64,000 nt of DNA from Candidatus Binatia bacterium (GTDB lineage: Bacteria; Desulfobacterota; Binatia; Bin18), in contig OZ246888.1 in NCBI GenBank assembly GCA_965231775.1, forward strand, positions 3,648,546 through 3,712,545. The letters are read 5' to 3'. The position numbers were made by a program, and so were the translations under genes. The stretch's first letter is position 1; each line of letters starts with the position of its first letter. Positions 38,782 to 48,138 of the stretch are shown here, piece after piece. The notes beneath the pieces were generated by a model that worked only from the letters and a program-made list of their open reading frames with translations, did no database searches and was not told where the DNA came from.

Positions 38782-39543
38782 ATGGCAAATTTGATGCAGG
38801 ACAAAGTCGCCCTGGTTACCGGTGGTAGCTCGGGTATTGGCCGCGCTACCGCACTGACGTTTGCCCGAGAAGGAGCCAAGGTCGTGGTGTCCGATGTGGC
38901 GCTTGAAGGCGGACAAGAAACGGCCAGCCTCATACGGGAGGCCGGCGGTGAGGCGCTCTTTGTCAGCGCGGATGTATCACAGGCCGCCCAGGTCGAAGCC
39001 CTCGTTGCCAAGACAGTTGAGACCTTTGGACGGCTGGACGCGGCCCACAACAACGCCGGGGTTGAGGGCAGCTCGGTGATGACGACCGACTATACGGAAG
39101 CGGATTGGGACCAGGTGATTGCCATCAATCTGACCGGCGTCTGGTTGTGCATGAAGTATGAGGTTCCCCAGATGCTCAGCCAAGGCGGGGGCGCGATCGT
39201 CAACACGTCTTCAGCCGCCGGGCTGCTCGGGTTTCGCAGGGGCTCGGCCTATGTGGCCAGCAAACATGGCGTGCTCGGCCTGACCAAAACCGCGGCCCTG
39301 GAGTATGCCAAGTCCGGCGTTCGGGTGAATGCCGTCTGCCCCGGCGCGATTGATACGCCCATGATGGGCCGGCTGACCGACCATCGTCCCCACCGGGCCG
39401 AGAAGATGGCCTCCTTTGAACCGGTCGGTCGCATGGGCAGCCCCCAGGAAATCGCCGAATCGGTGGTGTGGCTGTGCTCGGACGCCGCCTCGTTCGTGAC
39501 CGGACACGCGATGTCCGTCGATGGTGGCCTGGTTGTCCAATAA
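38782..39543 (+). CDS. Short-chain dehydrogenase/reductase
   Basis: TGGSSGIG, NNAG and YVASK; AGGAG RBS. Confidence 0.93.
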   Translation: MANLMQDKVALVTGGSSGIGRATALTFAREGAKVVVSDVALEGGQETASLIREAGGEALFVSADVSQAAQVEALVAKTVETFGRLDAAHNNAGVEGSSVMTTDYTEADWDQVIAINLTGVWLCMKYEVPQMLSQGGGAIVNTSSAAGLLGFRRGSAYVASKHGVLGLTKTAALEYAKSGVRVNAVCPGAIDTPMMGRLTDHRPHRAEKMASFEPVGRMGSPQEIAESVVWLCSDAASFVTGHAMSVDGGLVVQ

Positions 39544-39599
39544 GAACGGCTTTCGTTGTGAACATATGTGGAAAAGCAAAAATAAAGGAGGATAACAGC

Positions 39600-40361
39600 A
39601 TGGGAACCCTGACAAGCGGTAAAGTCGCCCTGGTCACCGGGGCCGGCTCGGGTATCGGGCGGGCTGCGGCCCAGATATTTGCCCGCGAAGGGGCCAAGGT
39701 CGCAGTGGCCGATGTTAATGTGGCCGGAGCCGAGGAAACCGCGAAAATGATTCAGGGCGCCGGCGGCGAGGCGTTCTGCATTAAAGCCGATGTGTCCAAG
39801 GCCGCGGAAGTCGAGGCCATGGTGAGCGCGGTGGTCGAGACCTACGGTCGCCTGGATTGCGCCTATAACAACGCCGGTATTGAGGGCGCGCTGGCCTCAA
39901 CCGCGGATTATACCGAGGCGGACTGGGCGCCGGTGATTGCGATCAATCTGACCGGCGTCTGGCTGTGTATGAAGTATGAGATTCCACACATGCTCAAAAA
40001 CGGCGGGGGGGCCATCGTCAACACGTCCTCAGCCGCCGGGCTGCTTGGGGCGCCGCGGATGCCGGCCTATGTGGCCAGCAAGCACGGCGTGGTCGGCCTG
40101 ACCAAAACCGCGGCCCTGGAATACGCCAAATCCGGCATCCGGGTGAATGCGGTCTGTCCGGGCATTATTGATACCTCCATGGTCGGCCGGCTCAAAGAAC
40201 GCCGACCCAGAATGTTCGAGAAGATTGAAGCCGGCGAACCCATCGGTCGCATGGGTCGGCCGGAAGAAATTGCCGAAACCGCAGTCTGGCTGTGTTCCGA
40301 CGCGGCCTCGTTTGTCACCGGTCACGCCATGGCTGTTGACGGTGGGATTGTGGCGCAGTAG
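39600..40361 (+). CDS. Short-chain dehydrogenase/reductase
   Basis: TGAGSGIG, NNAG and YVASK; AGGAGG RBS. Confidence 0.93.
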   Translation: MGTLTSGKVALVTGAGSGIGRAAAQIFAREGAKVAVADVNVAGAEETAKMIQGAGGEAFCIKADVSKAAEVEAMVSAVVETYGRLDCAYNNAGIEGALASTADYTEADWAPVIAINLTGVWLCMKYEIPHMLKNGGGAIVNTSSAAGLLGAPRMPAYVASKHGVVGLTKTAALEYAKSGIRVNAVCPGIIDTSMVGRLKERRPRMFEKIEAGEPIGRMGRPEEIAETAVWLCSDAASFVTGHAMAVDGGIVAQ

Positions 40362-40391
40362 CCGAACCCGACAAAACAGGAGGACCTTTCT

Positions 40392-41288
40392 ATGGCGATG
40401 TATTGCGGACTGCACGTGGGTGGCGGGGCGGCGCTGCGCGAGATCGATGGGGCACGCAAAATCGGTGAGACCGCGGAAGCCCTCGGCTATGACAGTATTG
40501 TGACTGGCGACCACATCACCATCCCGAAAAAGATCGACTCGACCTATCCCTATGTTGATGCCGCCCAGGCGCGCGGCCAGGACCCCTATTCGGTGTTTAC
40601 CTCAATGGAATGGATGGACGCCTTCACCGTCCTGGCCTTACTCATTCCGGTTACGAAAACGGTCAGGCTGGGGACCAGCGTGACCATCGTTCCCTACCGC
40701 CATCCCTTGGAGATGGCGCGGGTGGTGGCCTCGCTTGACGTGGCGTCAGGCGGACGGATGATCTTTGGCGCCGGCGTGGGCTGGATGGCGGATGAGTTCG
40801 AGCTGCTCGGCGTGCCGTACAAAGAACGGGCCCCCCGTACGCGGGAATATATTGCCGTCATGAAAGAGGTCTGGACGAACGAAACGCCCCGCTTTGCGGG
40901 TAAGTTCGTCCAGATCAATCGCGACCTGCATTTTGCGCCCAAGCCGACCCAAAAACCGCACCCACCCATCTGGGTTGGCGGCGAATCCACCCCGGCGCTG
41001 AAACGCGTGGTGGAATTCGGTCAGGGTTGGCATATCGGCCCGCTGCCCCTGAGTGATATCCAGCACCGCTTTGATGAATTGCGCCAGCTCATGGAAGCCG
41101 GCGGGCGGGATTATGCCGAGTTGGAAATCACCTCAATGGTGGACCCCAGCGTCACTCCGGCTGAAATCCGCGCCTACCGCGACGCGGGCCTGCACGGGCT
41201 GCACGTCACCTGCGCCGCACCCAAGCCCGAGAGCGTCTGTCAGGTCATGCGTGACTTCAAGGCCAAGATGGAAGATGCGTTGGGATGA
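40392..41288 (+). CDS. LLM-class (probably F420-dependent) oxidoreductase
   Basis: GYDS..GDHI, RLGTSV, LDVASGGR, GVGW..EF and PPIWVGG. Confidence 0.88.
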   Translation: MAMYCGLHVGGGAALREIDGARKIGETAEALGYDSIVTGDHITIPKKIDSTYPYVDAAQARGQDPYSVFTSMEWMDAFTVLALLIPVTKTVRLGTSVTIVPYRHPLEMARVVASLDVASGGRMIFGAGVGWMADEFELLGVPYKERAPRTREYIAVMKEVWTNETPRFAGKFVQINRDLHFAPKPTQKPHPPIWVGGESTPALKRVVEFGQGWHIGPLPLSDIQHRFDELRQLMEAGGRDYAELEITSMVDPSVTPAEIRAYRDAGLHGLHVTCAAPKPESVCQVMRDFKAKMEDALG

Positions 41289-41331
41289 AACCGCTCCTTC
41301 CGTTGCAATAAGTAGAAAGGAACACGCAATA

Positions 41332-42228
41332 ATGGCCATCCCTACGCAAGCTGAACTGTATAGGCCAATTCTAGAAATTGCCGCCTCAGTCGGCGAGAGA
41401 TTGAAACCTAGCCAAGTCGCCGACTTGGTTAGCGACCAGTTCAATCTCTCAGATGAGGAACGACAAGAAAAGATTAAATCCGGGGCACGACGAATAAAAA
41501 AAGTGGCTGACTGGGCAGTGTGGTCTTTGAGAAAGGCCAGTTTAATGCATAGTCCGTCACACGGCTGGTCGGAAATTACTCAGCAGGGTCGGGAATTTCT
41601 CGACAGCCATGCGGGCGCGATAACCAACGCTGATCTACCAAAGCTCCAACAAGCCAACGGTGCCGAAGCTGACACCACAAACACTTCTAACGGTAGCGTT
41701 GAAAGCAACACCGACGTCACGCCCGAGGAACTGATGGAGCGGAGCGACCGGCAACTACGGGCCAAACTCGCAGACGAGTTGCTGGAAAGCATTATGAAAT
41801 TGACGCCTGACCGATTCGAGCAACTTGTAGTCAACCTGCTAGAGAAAATGGGATACGGGAAAGGCGAGGCCGTCGGACGTAGCGGCGATGGCGGCATTGA
41901 CGGCATCAATCAGGACCCGCTCGGATTGGAGAAAGTCTATATTCAGGCCAAACGCTGGTCGAGTCAGGTCGGCGAGCCAGAGATACGCAACTTCTCCGGT
42001 AGCCTCGACGCTAAAGGCGCCGCGAAGGGCGTCTTCATCACCAACTCAACCTTCAGCAGCACCGCAAAGGAAACCGCTCGGAACATTTCGGCGGGTAACA
42101 AGCTCATCCGGCTGATTGACGGTCAAGAGTTGGTAAAACTGATGATCCAGCACGGTGTCGGCGTAGTCACCGAATCTATTTACGAGGTCAAAAAGATGGA
42201 TGAAAACTACTTCACCGAGGACGCTTAG
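41332..42228 (+). CDS. mrr: Mrr-family type IV restriction endonuclease
   Basis: N-terminal MAIPT..PIL winged helix, FEQLVVNLL, DGGIDG, YIQAKRW, KGVFIT and LIDG. Confidence 0.92.
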   Translation: MAIPTQAELYRPILEIAASVGERLKPSQVADLVSDQFNLSDEERQEKIKSGARRIKKVADWAVWSLRKASLMHSPSHGWSEITQQGREFLDSHAGAITNADLPKLQQANGAEADTTNTSNGSVESNTDVTPEELMERSDRQLRAKLADELLESIMKLTPDRFEQLVVNLLEKMGYGKGEAVGRSGDGGIDGINQDPLGLEKVYIQAKRWSSQVGEPEIRNFSGSLDAKGAAKGVFITNSTFSSTAKETARNISAGNKLIRLIDGQELVKLMIQHGVGVVTESIYEVKKMDENYFTEDA

Positions 42229-42232
42229 CGCC

Positions 42233-42264
42233 AGGTCGGATTACGCTTCGCTAATCCGACCTAC
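42233..42264. repeat. GTAG-type REP palindrome
   Basis: AGGTCGGATTA-cgcttcgc-TAATCCGACCT-AC, 11-bp stem with GTAG tag on the minus strand. Confidence 0.8.
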
Positions 42265-42288
42265 CCCACTGAGGTCCGGGAATGAACA

Positions 42289-42549
42289 TCAAAGGGAGTC
42301 ATACACTTGATCGTCCTCGTTATCCCATTCCTGGAAGGATTGCTCGGCTGCTTTGAGGACAAATGACGATTCTTGCCTATGCGCGAAATAGGACTCCAGA
42401 GCCTGCGCGACGACGGCCTTTTGCGTTCTTCCTTCCCGTGCGGCCTGCGTCCGTAACATCTCAACCAGTTCGGGTCGGTCACGGAAGTCGAAACTGATTT
42501 TTCGTGCTTTCATGCCTTTTGGCTTTCCAGTTTTCTTGAAAACTGTCAA
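42289..42549 (-). CDS. Ribbon-helix-helix-like antitoxin (orphan)
   Basis: KISFDF..ELVEMLRTQAAREGRTQKAVVAQALE and an acidic tail EWDNEDDQVYDSL; start uncertain. Confidence 0.6.
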   Translation of the reverse strand: MTVFKKTGKPKGMKARKISFDFRDRPELVEMLRTQAAREGRTQKAVVAQALESYFAHRQESSFVLKAAEQSFQEWDNEDDQVYDSL

Positions 42550-42642
42550 CCTGGCATCTTTCCTCTGCGGCTCACTCTTGACACTCTTTTCTCTCCCCCA
42601 TAAGCAGGAGCTTTACAGTATCATCCCGAATGAGGAGTGCAC

Positions 42643-44700
42643 ATGTGGCGGGTAGGCGTCGATGTTGGCGGAACATTTACTGACCTGTTTGGCTGGGAAG
42701 AAACGACCGGCGAGCGCGTTACGGCCAAGGTTCTGACCACCCCCTGGGACCGCTCCGTGGGCGTTATTGAGGCCGTCAAAAAGGCCGCTCGGGATTCTCT
42801 CGAAGCGGTCGAGCAATCGGGCATTCCGTTTGACCAGATCTCCTGCCTGGTCCACGGCACGACCACCGCCACCAATGCTCTGATTGAACGCTCCTACCCG
42901 GACCCGGCCCTAGTCACCACCCAGGGCTTTCGGGACACCATCGAAATCGGTCGTCAGCATCGAAAGGAACTGTACGACCCCTATCAGGTCAAACCCAAAC
43001 CGCTCATTCGGCGTCGCTATCGCTACACGGTCCCGCAACGCACGAACGTCAAAGGCGAAGAAGAACGCCCGCTCGACGTAGCGACCGCGCAGCAGGTAGC
43101 CGAGCAAATAAAGGCGGAAGGGCTCCGCTCGATTGCCGTGTGTTTCATCAACTCCTATGTCAACGCCGCCCATGAGCGGCAGATGCGCGACATCCTGCTG
43201 GAACACATCCCTGATGCGCATATCATGCTGTCGGGCGAGACGCGGCCCCTGTTCCGTGAGCACGGCCGTTTTGTGACCACCGCGGTGAGCGCCGCGCTCA
43301 AGCCGGTGATGGGCGCCTATTTCGATCATCTACTGGAGCGCCTCACCCAACAGAGCTTTGATGGCTCGCTGCTGATTCTCAAAAGCAGCGGCGGGGTGAT
43401 GGGCGTCGACCTGGCCAAAGAACACCCGGAAGAATTGCTGGAGTCCGGGCCGGCCGGCGGGGTGGCCTATGCCGGCTATCTGGCTGATGCCATACACGAG
43501 CGCAACATTATTTGCGCCGACATGGGCGGCACGAGTTTTGATGCCTCGATTGTCGAAGACGGCAAGGGGCTCGTCACCCGTGAGTATGAACTGGAATTTG
43601 AGCTGCCGATTATCCTGCCCATGCTCGATATCCACAGCGTGGGTGCCGGCGGCGGTTCGATTGGCTGGGTGGATAGCGGCGGCTCGCTGAGAGTAGGACC
43701 GCGCAGCGCCGGTTCGCAACCGGGGCCGGCCTGTTATGGAAACGGCGGGACCGAGCCGACGATCACGGACGCCAACCTGCTACTCGGTCGCCTGGAGCCG
43801 ACCCTGGGGGGGAAGATCAACCTGGACCGGCAGGCGGCGGAACAAGCGGTGACCGCCGTTGCCCAGCAACTGGGCCTGTCGCCGGTCGAAACCGCGGACG
43901 CCATGATCCAGATCAGCTGTGAAATCATGGCCCAGGCCGTCAAAAAGGTCATTATCAACAGAGGCCGTGATCCGCGCGATTTTGTACTGACCAGTTTTGG
44001 CGGAGCCGGGCCCATGCACGCCTGCTTTGTTGCCCGGGCGATGAATATTCCGAAAGTCATCGTGCCGGCCGCCGCCGGGGTGGCCTCGGCCTTTGGCGCA
44101 ACCGTCATGGATGTTCGCCAGGACGTCGAGCAATTCATGTACGCCCCGCTTGGCGAGGTGGACCTGGACCGGCTGAATAGCGTGTATGCCGAACTCGAAC
44201 GGACCGCCCGCAGCCTGCTCGCCCGCGACAATGTCTCGGCAGAGAATGTGCTGCTCAGCCGCACCGCCCAGATGCGCTATGTGGGCCAGACGTATGAAAT
44301 TGAAGCGCCCATTCCGGATGGCGCGCTGACCGATGACGCTCTCGCCAGCATTGCCGACACCTTTCACGCCGTGCACAAGCAGGAGCATGGCGTCAGTTCG
44401 GACATCTTTGACCCGGCGTTGGTCTCTCTCAGCGTCGCGGCGACCGCGCCGACCGCAGCCCTGCCGCCCTATAGAAATGTCGCCACCGAAAACGTAGTGG
44501 CCATGAAGAGTTCGCGCTCGGTATACTTTTCCGGAGAATGGCTCGCCTGTCCGATTTACAACGGCCAGATTCTCCAGCCGGGTACGGAGCTGCAGGGACC
44601 GGCGATTCTGGAATATCTGGATTCGGTGGCCGTGCTCCCACCCGGCGCGCAGGCAACGGTTGATACCCTGGGCAATCTTATTATACAAGTAGGACGATAG
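42643..44700 (+). CDS. Hydantoinase A/5-oxoprolinase family subunit
   Basis: GVDVGGTFTD, HGTT, SGPAGG, DMGGTS, GAGGGS and FGGAG. Confidence 0.93.
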   Translation: MWRVGVDVGGTFTDLFGWEETTGERVTAKVLTTPWDRSVGVIEAVKKAARDSLEAVEQSGIPFDQISCLVHGTTTATNALIERSYPDPALVTTQGFRDTIEIGRQHRKELYDPYQVKPKPLIRRRYRYTVPQRTNVKGEEERPLDVATAQQVAEQIKAEGLRSIAVCFINSYVNAAHERQMRDILLEHIPDAHIMLSGETRPLFREHGRFVTTAVSAALKPVMGAYFDHLLERLTQQSFDGSLLILKSSGGVMGVDLAKEHPEELLESGPAGGVAYAGYLADAIHERNIICADMGGTSFDASIVEDGKGLVTREYELEFELPIILPMLDIHSVGAGGGSIGWVDSGGSLRVGPRSAGSQPGPACYGNGGTEPTITDANLLLGRLEPTLGGKINLDRQAAEQAVTAVAQQLGLSPVETADAMIQISCEIMAQAVKKVIINRGRDPRDFVLTSFGGAGPMHACFVARAMNIPKVIVPAAAGVASAFGATVMDVRQDVEQFMYAPLGEVDLDRLNSVYAELERTARSLLARDNVSAENVLLSRTAQMRYVGQTYEIEAPIPDGALTDDALASIADTFHAVHKQEHGVSSDIFDPALVSLSVAATAPTAALPPYRNVATENVVAMKSSRSVYFSGEWLACPIYNGQILQPGTELQGPAILEYLDSVAVLPPGAQATVDTLGNLIIQVGR

Positions 44701-44732
44701 TCAGGCAGAATCAGTTTTGCATTCGTAGGAGG

Positions 44733-46550
44733 ATGGGCATGCAATCAGGCGCACTCGAACAGGCAGGCGACAGCATTAAAAATCGGGCCGGACTCGATCA
44801 TATTACCTTTGAGGTCTTGCGGAATCTGTTTGAATACACCTGTGATCGGATGACGGCGGTGCTCCAACGGGCATCATTCTCGCCCATTCTGTCCGATATG
44901 GTTGATTTCTCCAATGCCATTTATGATCCGGAGATGCGGCTGCTGAGCCAAGCCGCCAACGTTCCCGTCCACCTGGCGGCCATGAAGTTTTCGGCCCATG
45001 CCGTGCGCGACGAGTTCGGTATCGAAAATATGCAGGAGGGCGACATCTATGTGGTGAACGACCCCTACCGGGGCGGGACTCATATTAACGACATCTCCTG
45101 GATTAAGCCGATTTTTTATCAGGGCACGGAACTGCTGGGCTTTGCGGTCAGCCGGGGCCACTGGATGGATTTTGGTGGCGGAGCGCCGGGCGGCCAGTCA
45201 TGGGGAACGCATATTGCGGAAGAGGGACTCCGCATTCCGCCCATCAAGGCCTTTGAGAACAATGAGATCAAACCGGAAATCCTCAAGATTCTGCTGGCCA
45301 ATACCCGCACCCCGCATTTTATCCAGGGCGACCTCCAGGCCCATGTCGGCTGTCTTAAAGCCGCGGAAGAGGAAATGCAGTCCGCGGCCGAGCGCTATGG
45401 TCTGGAGACGGTCAGGGCCGCCATGGCCGAGTTGATCGCCTATACCGAGCGGATAGTCCGCAAGAAAATCGAGAGCATCCCGGACGGGGTGTATACCGGC
45501 GAGGATTATGCCGATACCGATGGCCAGACCGATGATCCCGTCAAGGTCAAGGTGACCCTGACGGTCAAAGACTCGGATATCACCGTAGACCTGACCGGCT
45601 CCGACCCCCAATGCCTGGGTGCCATCAATTCGCCCAAGGCCAATACCTATTCCGCGGTCTTCTACTCGCTCCAGTTTTTCCTGGAGCCTAGCGCGCCGCA
45701 AAACGAGGGCATGTTCAACCCGATCAGCGTGGTCTTGCCCGACGACTGCTGGCTGAACCCCAAATGGCCGGCGCCGACCATCGGCTGTACGGTTCTGGCC
45801 GCCCCGAAAGTGGCCAGTGCGGTGTGGCAGGCGATTGCCAACGCCCTGCCCGAGCGCGCGGTCGGTTCCGCGTGTGGCGACTGTAACTGGTTTGTGTGCG
45901 GCGTGCGTGATTCGGACGGAAAGACCGACGTTTTCTCGGACCTGCCGGCCGGTGGCTGGGGCGGGACGCCGTTCGGGGACGGCATGAATGTCACCATGGA
46001 CCCGCTGGGCAACTGTATGAATATGGAAGCGGAGACCGCGGAGCTGATGTTCCCGATTGCGTATGAGGCCTTTGATATTCGGCAAGACTCGGCCGGGGAT
46101 GGCCACCACCGGGGCGGATTCGGCTCCAGTCTCAAAATCCGCTTTTTATGCGAAGGCGCGATGAGCGTGGAAACGGCCCGAACGCGTGAGGGTGCCCCAG
46201 GCGTGAACGGTGGGCAGCGTGGTCTGCCGCAACGGTTGTGGCATCTCTCTTCGGATGGCACCCAAAAAATTGTCGGCGGCCTGACCGAAGACAAGCGCTG
46301 GCTCAATCCGTTGCTGCGCGGCCACAAGCTCTCCTATGGCGACACCTTCTGGTTTGAAACCACCGGCGGCGGGGGCTGGGGCAATCCGCTTGACCGTTCG
46401 CTGCAAGAGGTCCTCGACGATACGCTGGACGAGTATATCTCGGTGGAAAAAGCACGCAGCACCTATGGCGTGGTGGTGGATACCGCAACCAGGACGGTTG
46501 ACGAAGCGGCAACCCAGGCCCTGCGGGCAGCCATGCGCGGCGGCGCATAA
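44733..46550 (+). CDS. Hydantoinase B/5-oxoprolinase family subunit
   Basis: NDPYRGGTHIND, HWMDFGG, EEGLRIPP and GGGGWGNP. Confidence 0.93.
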   Translation: MGMQSGALEQAGDSIKNRAGLDHITFEVLRNLFEYTCDRMTAVLQRASFSPILSDMVDFSNAIYDPEMRLLSQAANVPVHLAAMKFSAHAVRDEFGIENMQEGDIYVVNDPYRGGTHINDISWIKPIFYQGTELLGFAVSRGHWMDFGGGAPGGQSWGTHIAEEGLRIPPIKAFENNEIKPEILKILLANTRTPHFIQGDLQAHVGCLKAAEEEMQSAAERYGLETVRAAMAELIAYTERIVRKKIESIPDGVYTGEDYADTDGQTDDPVKVKVTLTVKDSDITVDLTGSDPQCLGAINSPKANTYSAVFYSLQFFLEPSAPQNEGMFNPISVVLPDDCWLNPKWPAPTIGCTVLAAPKVASAVWQAIANALPERAVGSACGDCNWFVCGVRDSDGKTDVFSDLPAGGWGGTPFGDGMNVTMDPLGNCMNMEAETAELMFPIAYEAFDIRQDSAGDGHHRGGFGSSLKIRFLCEGAMSVETARTREGAPGVNGGQRGLPQRLWHLSSDGTQKIVGGLTEDKRWLNPLLRGHKLSYGDTFWFETTGGGGWGNPLDRSLQEVLDDTLDEYISVEKARSTYGVVVDTATRTVDEAATQALRAAMRGGA

Positions 46551-46596
46551 CCGTCCACGCCGACACACGAGCCTCCAACACCGTACTCCATTCGCT

Positions 46597-46712
46597 GCAG
46601 GGCGAACCTGTGTGTTAGCCCTGCGCGTACTTCGACTTCGCCGCTTACGCGGCTACGCTCAGCACGAACGGAGGAGTGAGCCCCTCCCTGGGAGCGCGGG
46701 CCTCCTGCCCGC
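46597..46712. repeat. Cluster of three different REP-like palindromes
   Basis: GCAGGGCGAAC..GTTAGCCCTGC (46597-46624); CTTCGAC..GCTCAGCACGAACGG (46630-46671); GGGAGCGCGGGC-ctcct-GCCCGC (46690-46712). Confidence 0.6.
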
Positions 46713-46946
46713 TTCTGTGTTATCTGGGGGTGGCTCCCGTAGCTGCCCGAACCGGGGAACGAAGCCGTAAGGCTCAAGCACTCAAGAAAGCGGCTTATAG
46801 GGTTGACAATAGAAATGTCAGGATTCAACAATATTCCCTATAAAATCAAATTTTTATATATATAGCCTCGAAACACACCGCTCTGAAACAGACACGACGG
46901 CTTCATAAGGTTGACAATAATAACCAATAGAGTTGACAGAGAAACC

Positions 46947-47234
46947 ATGGCAGGAATACGAGAGCAGGGACGGCTCGTTCGCCGTTATATCTTGGAAAAC
47001 ATTGATTCCAATCCACAACACATTGTGCGTTCTACAGCCTTCCAATTCGGAATCTCCCGTCAAGCTGTCAACAAACATCTCAGTCGCCTTGTCAAAGACG
47101 GTCTCCTGACGGCGCAGGGAACGACTCGCAACCGTACATACACACTCACTATCCTGGGGAAAAAACACGCGGAACCTGGGATAGACAGTCGGTACGATAG
47201 AGCGGAGGCCGCGCGCCCGCACAATCCGCGCTAA
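46947..47234 (+). pseudogene. Truncated winged-HTH protein (N-terminus of a DUF4325-type regulator/ATPase)
   Basis: RRYILENI..FGISRQAVNKHLSRLVKDGLLTAQGTTRNRTY, then unrelated tail after ~47166; AT-rich upstream region. Confidence 0.55.
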
Positions 47235-48133
47235 CCTTCTTTTTCGAGACGCTTGCGACTGGCGGCCAGACCGGCCTGCTGCTTCGAGGTCAGGGTCGGA
47301 TAGTGCAGGTCCAATTGCTCAAGCGCCTGTGCCAGGATCTGCGCCACAGCCAAACGCATATAGGGTTTGTTGTCCGCAGGAACCGCATACCACGGCGCCC
47401 ACGGCGTGGACGTCGTATTCAGACAGGCTTCGTAGGCCTGCATATACGTGTCCCAATACGCCCGCTCGGCCGTATCGGCCTCCGAGAACTTCCAGTTCTT
47501 TTTCTGTTTCTTCAGCCGATCCAGGAAGCGCCGACGTTGCTCTGCCCTGGAGACGTTGAGCCAGAACTTGAGCACGATCGTGCCGCTCCGAACCAGGTGC
47601 TTCTCATAGTCCTGGATGGACTCAAAGCGGTACTCCCACAGGCGGTCGTGATCCTTCGGCCAGGGCAGATGCTGGCGGGTCAGAAATTCGGGGTGGACCC
47701 GTGCGATCAGCACCTCTTCATAATAGCTGCGGTTAAAGATACCGATCCGCCCACGCTCAGGCAGGCGGAGCGTCGCCCGCCACAGGAAGTCGTGGGCGTA
47801 TTCCTCTACCGACGGTGCCTGAAACGAGAAGACCTGAAACCCGGCCGGGTTCAGCCCCCGCATGACCGCCCGAATGGTTGAGTCTTTGCCGGCGGCATCC
47901 ATGGCCTGGAAGATGCACAGGACGGCATACTGGGTCTGGGCATATAAAACGCGCTGCCGCTCGTCGAGGCGAGCGGTCAACTGCTCCAACTGCTTCCGAC
48001 ACCCGGCCGTACTCGGGGCGTTCTTCCCAGGGCCGGTCGGCGCGTCCTTCACCAGGAAGGTCCCGTCGCACGGCACCCGAAACGGGCTGTCGGGAGGCGC
48101 AAAAAACTGCGGGGGCTTGCGGGGGCTTGCCAT
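47231..48133 (-). CDS. ppk2: Polyphosphate kinase 2 family (class III-like) phosphotransferase
   Basis: QAMDAAGKDSTI, HDFLWR, FNRSYYEEVL and PWYAVPADNK. Confidence 0.93.
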   Translation of the reverse strand: MASPRKPPQFFAPPDSPFRVPCDGTFLVKDAPTGPGKNAPSTAGCRKQLEQLTARLDERQRVLYAQTQYAVLCIFQAMDAAGKDSTIRAVMRGLNPAGFQVFSFQAPSVEEYAHDFLWRATLRLPERGRIGIFNRSYYEEVLIARVHPEFLTRQHLPWPKDHDRLWEYRFESIQDYEKHLVRSGTIVLKFWLNVSRAEQRRRFLDRLKKQKKNWKFSEADTAERAYWDTYMQAYEACLNTTSTPWAPWYAVPADNKPYMRLAVAQILAQALEQLDLHYPTLTSKQQAGLAASRKRLEKEG

Positions 48134-48138
48134 ACAAT

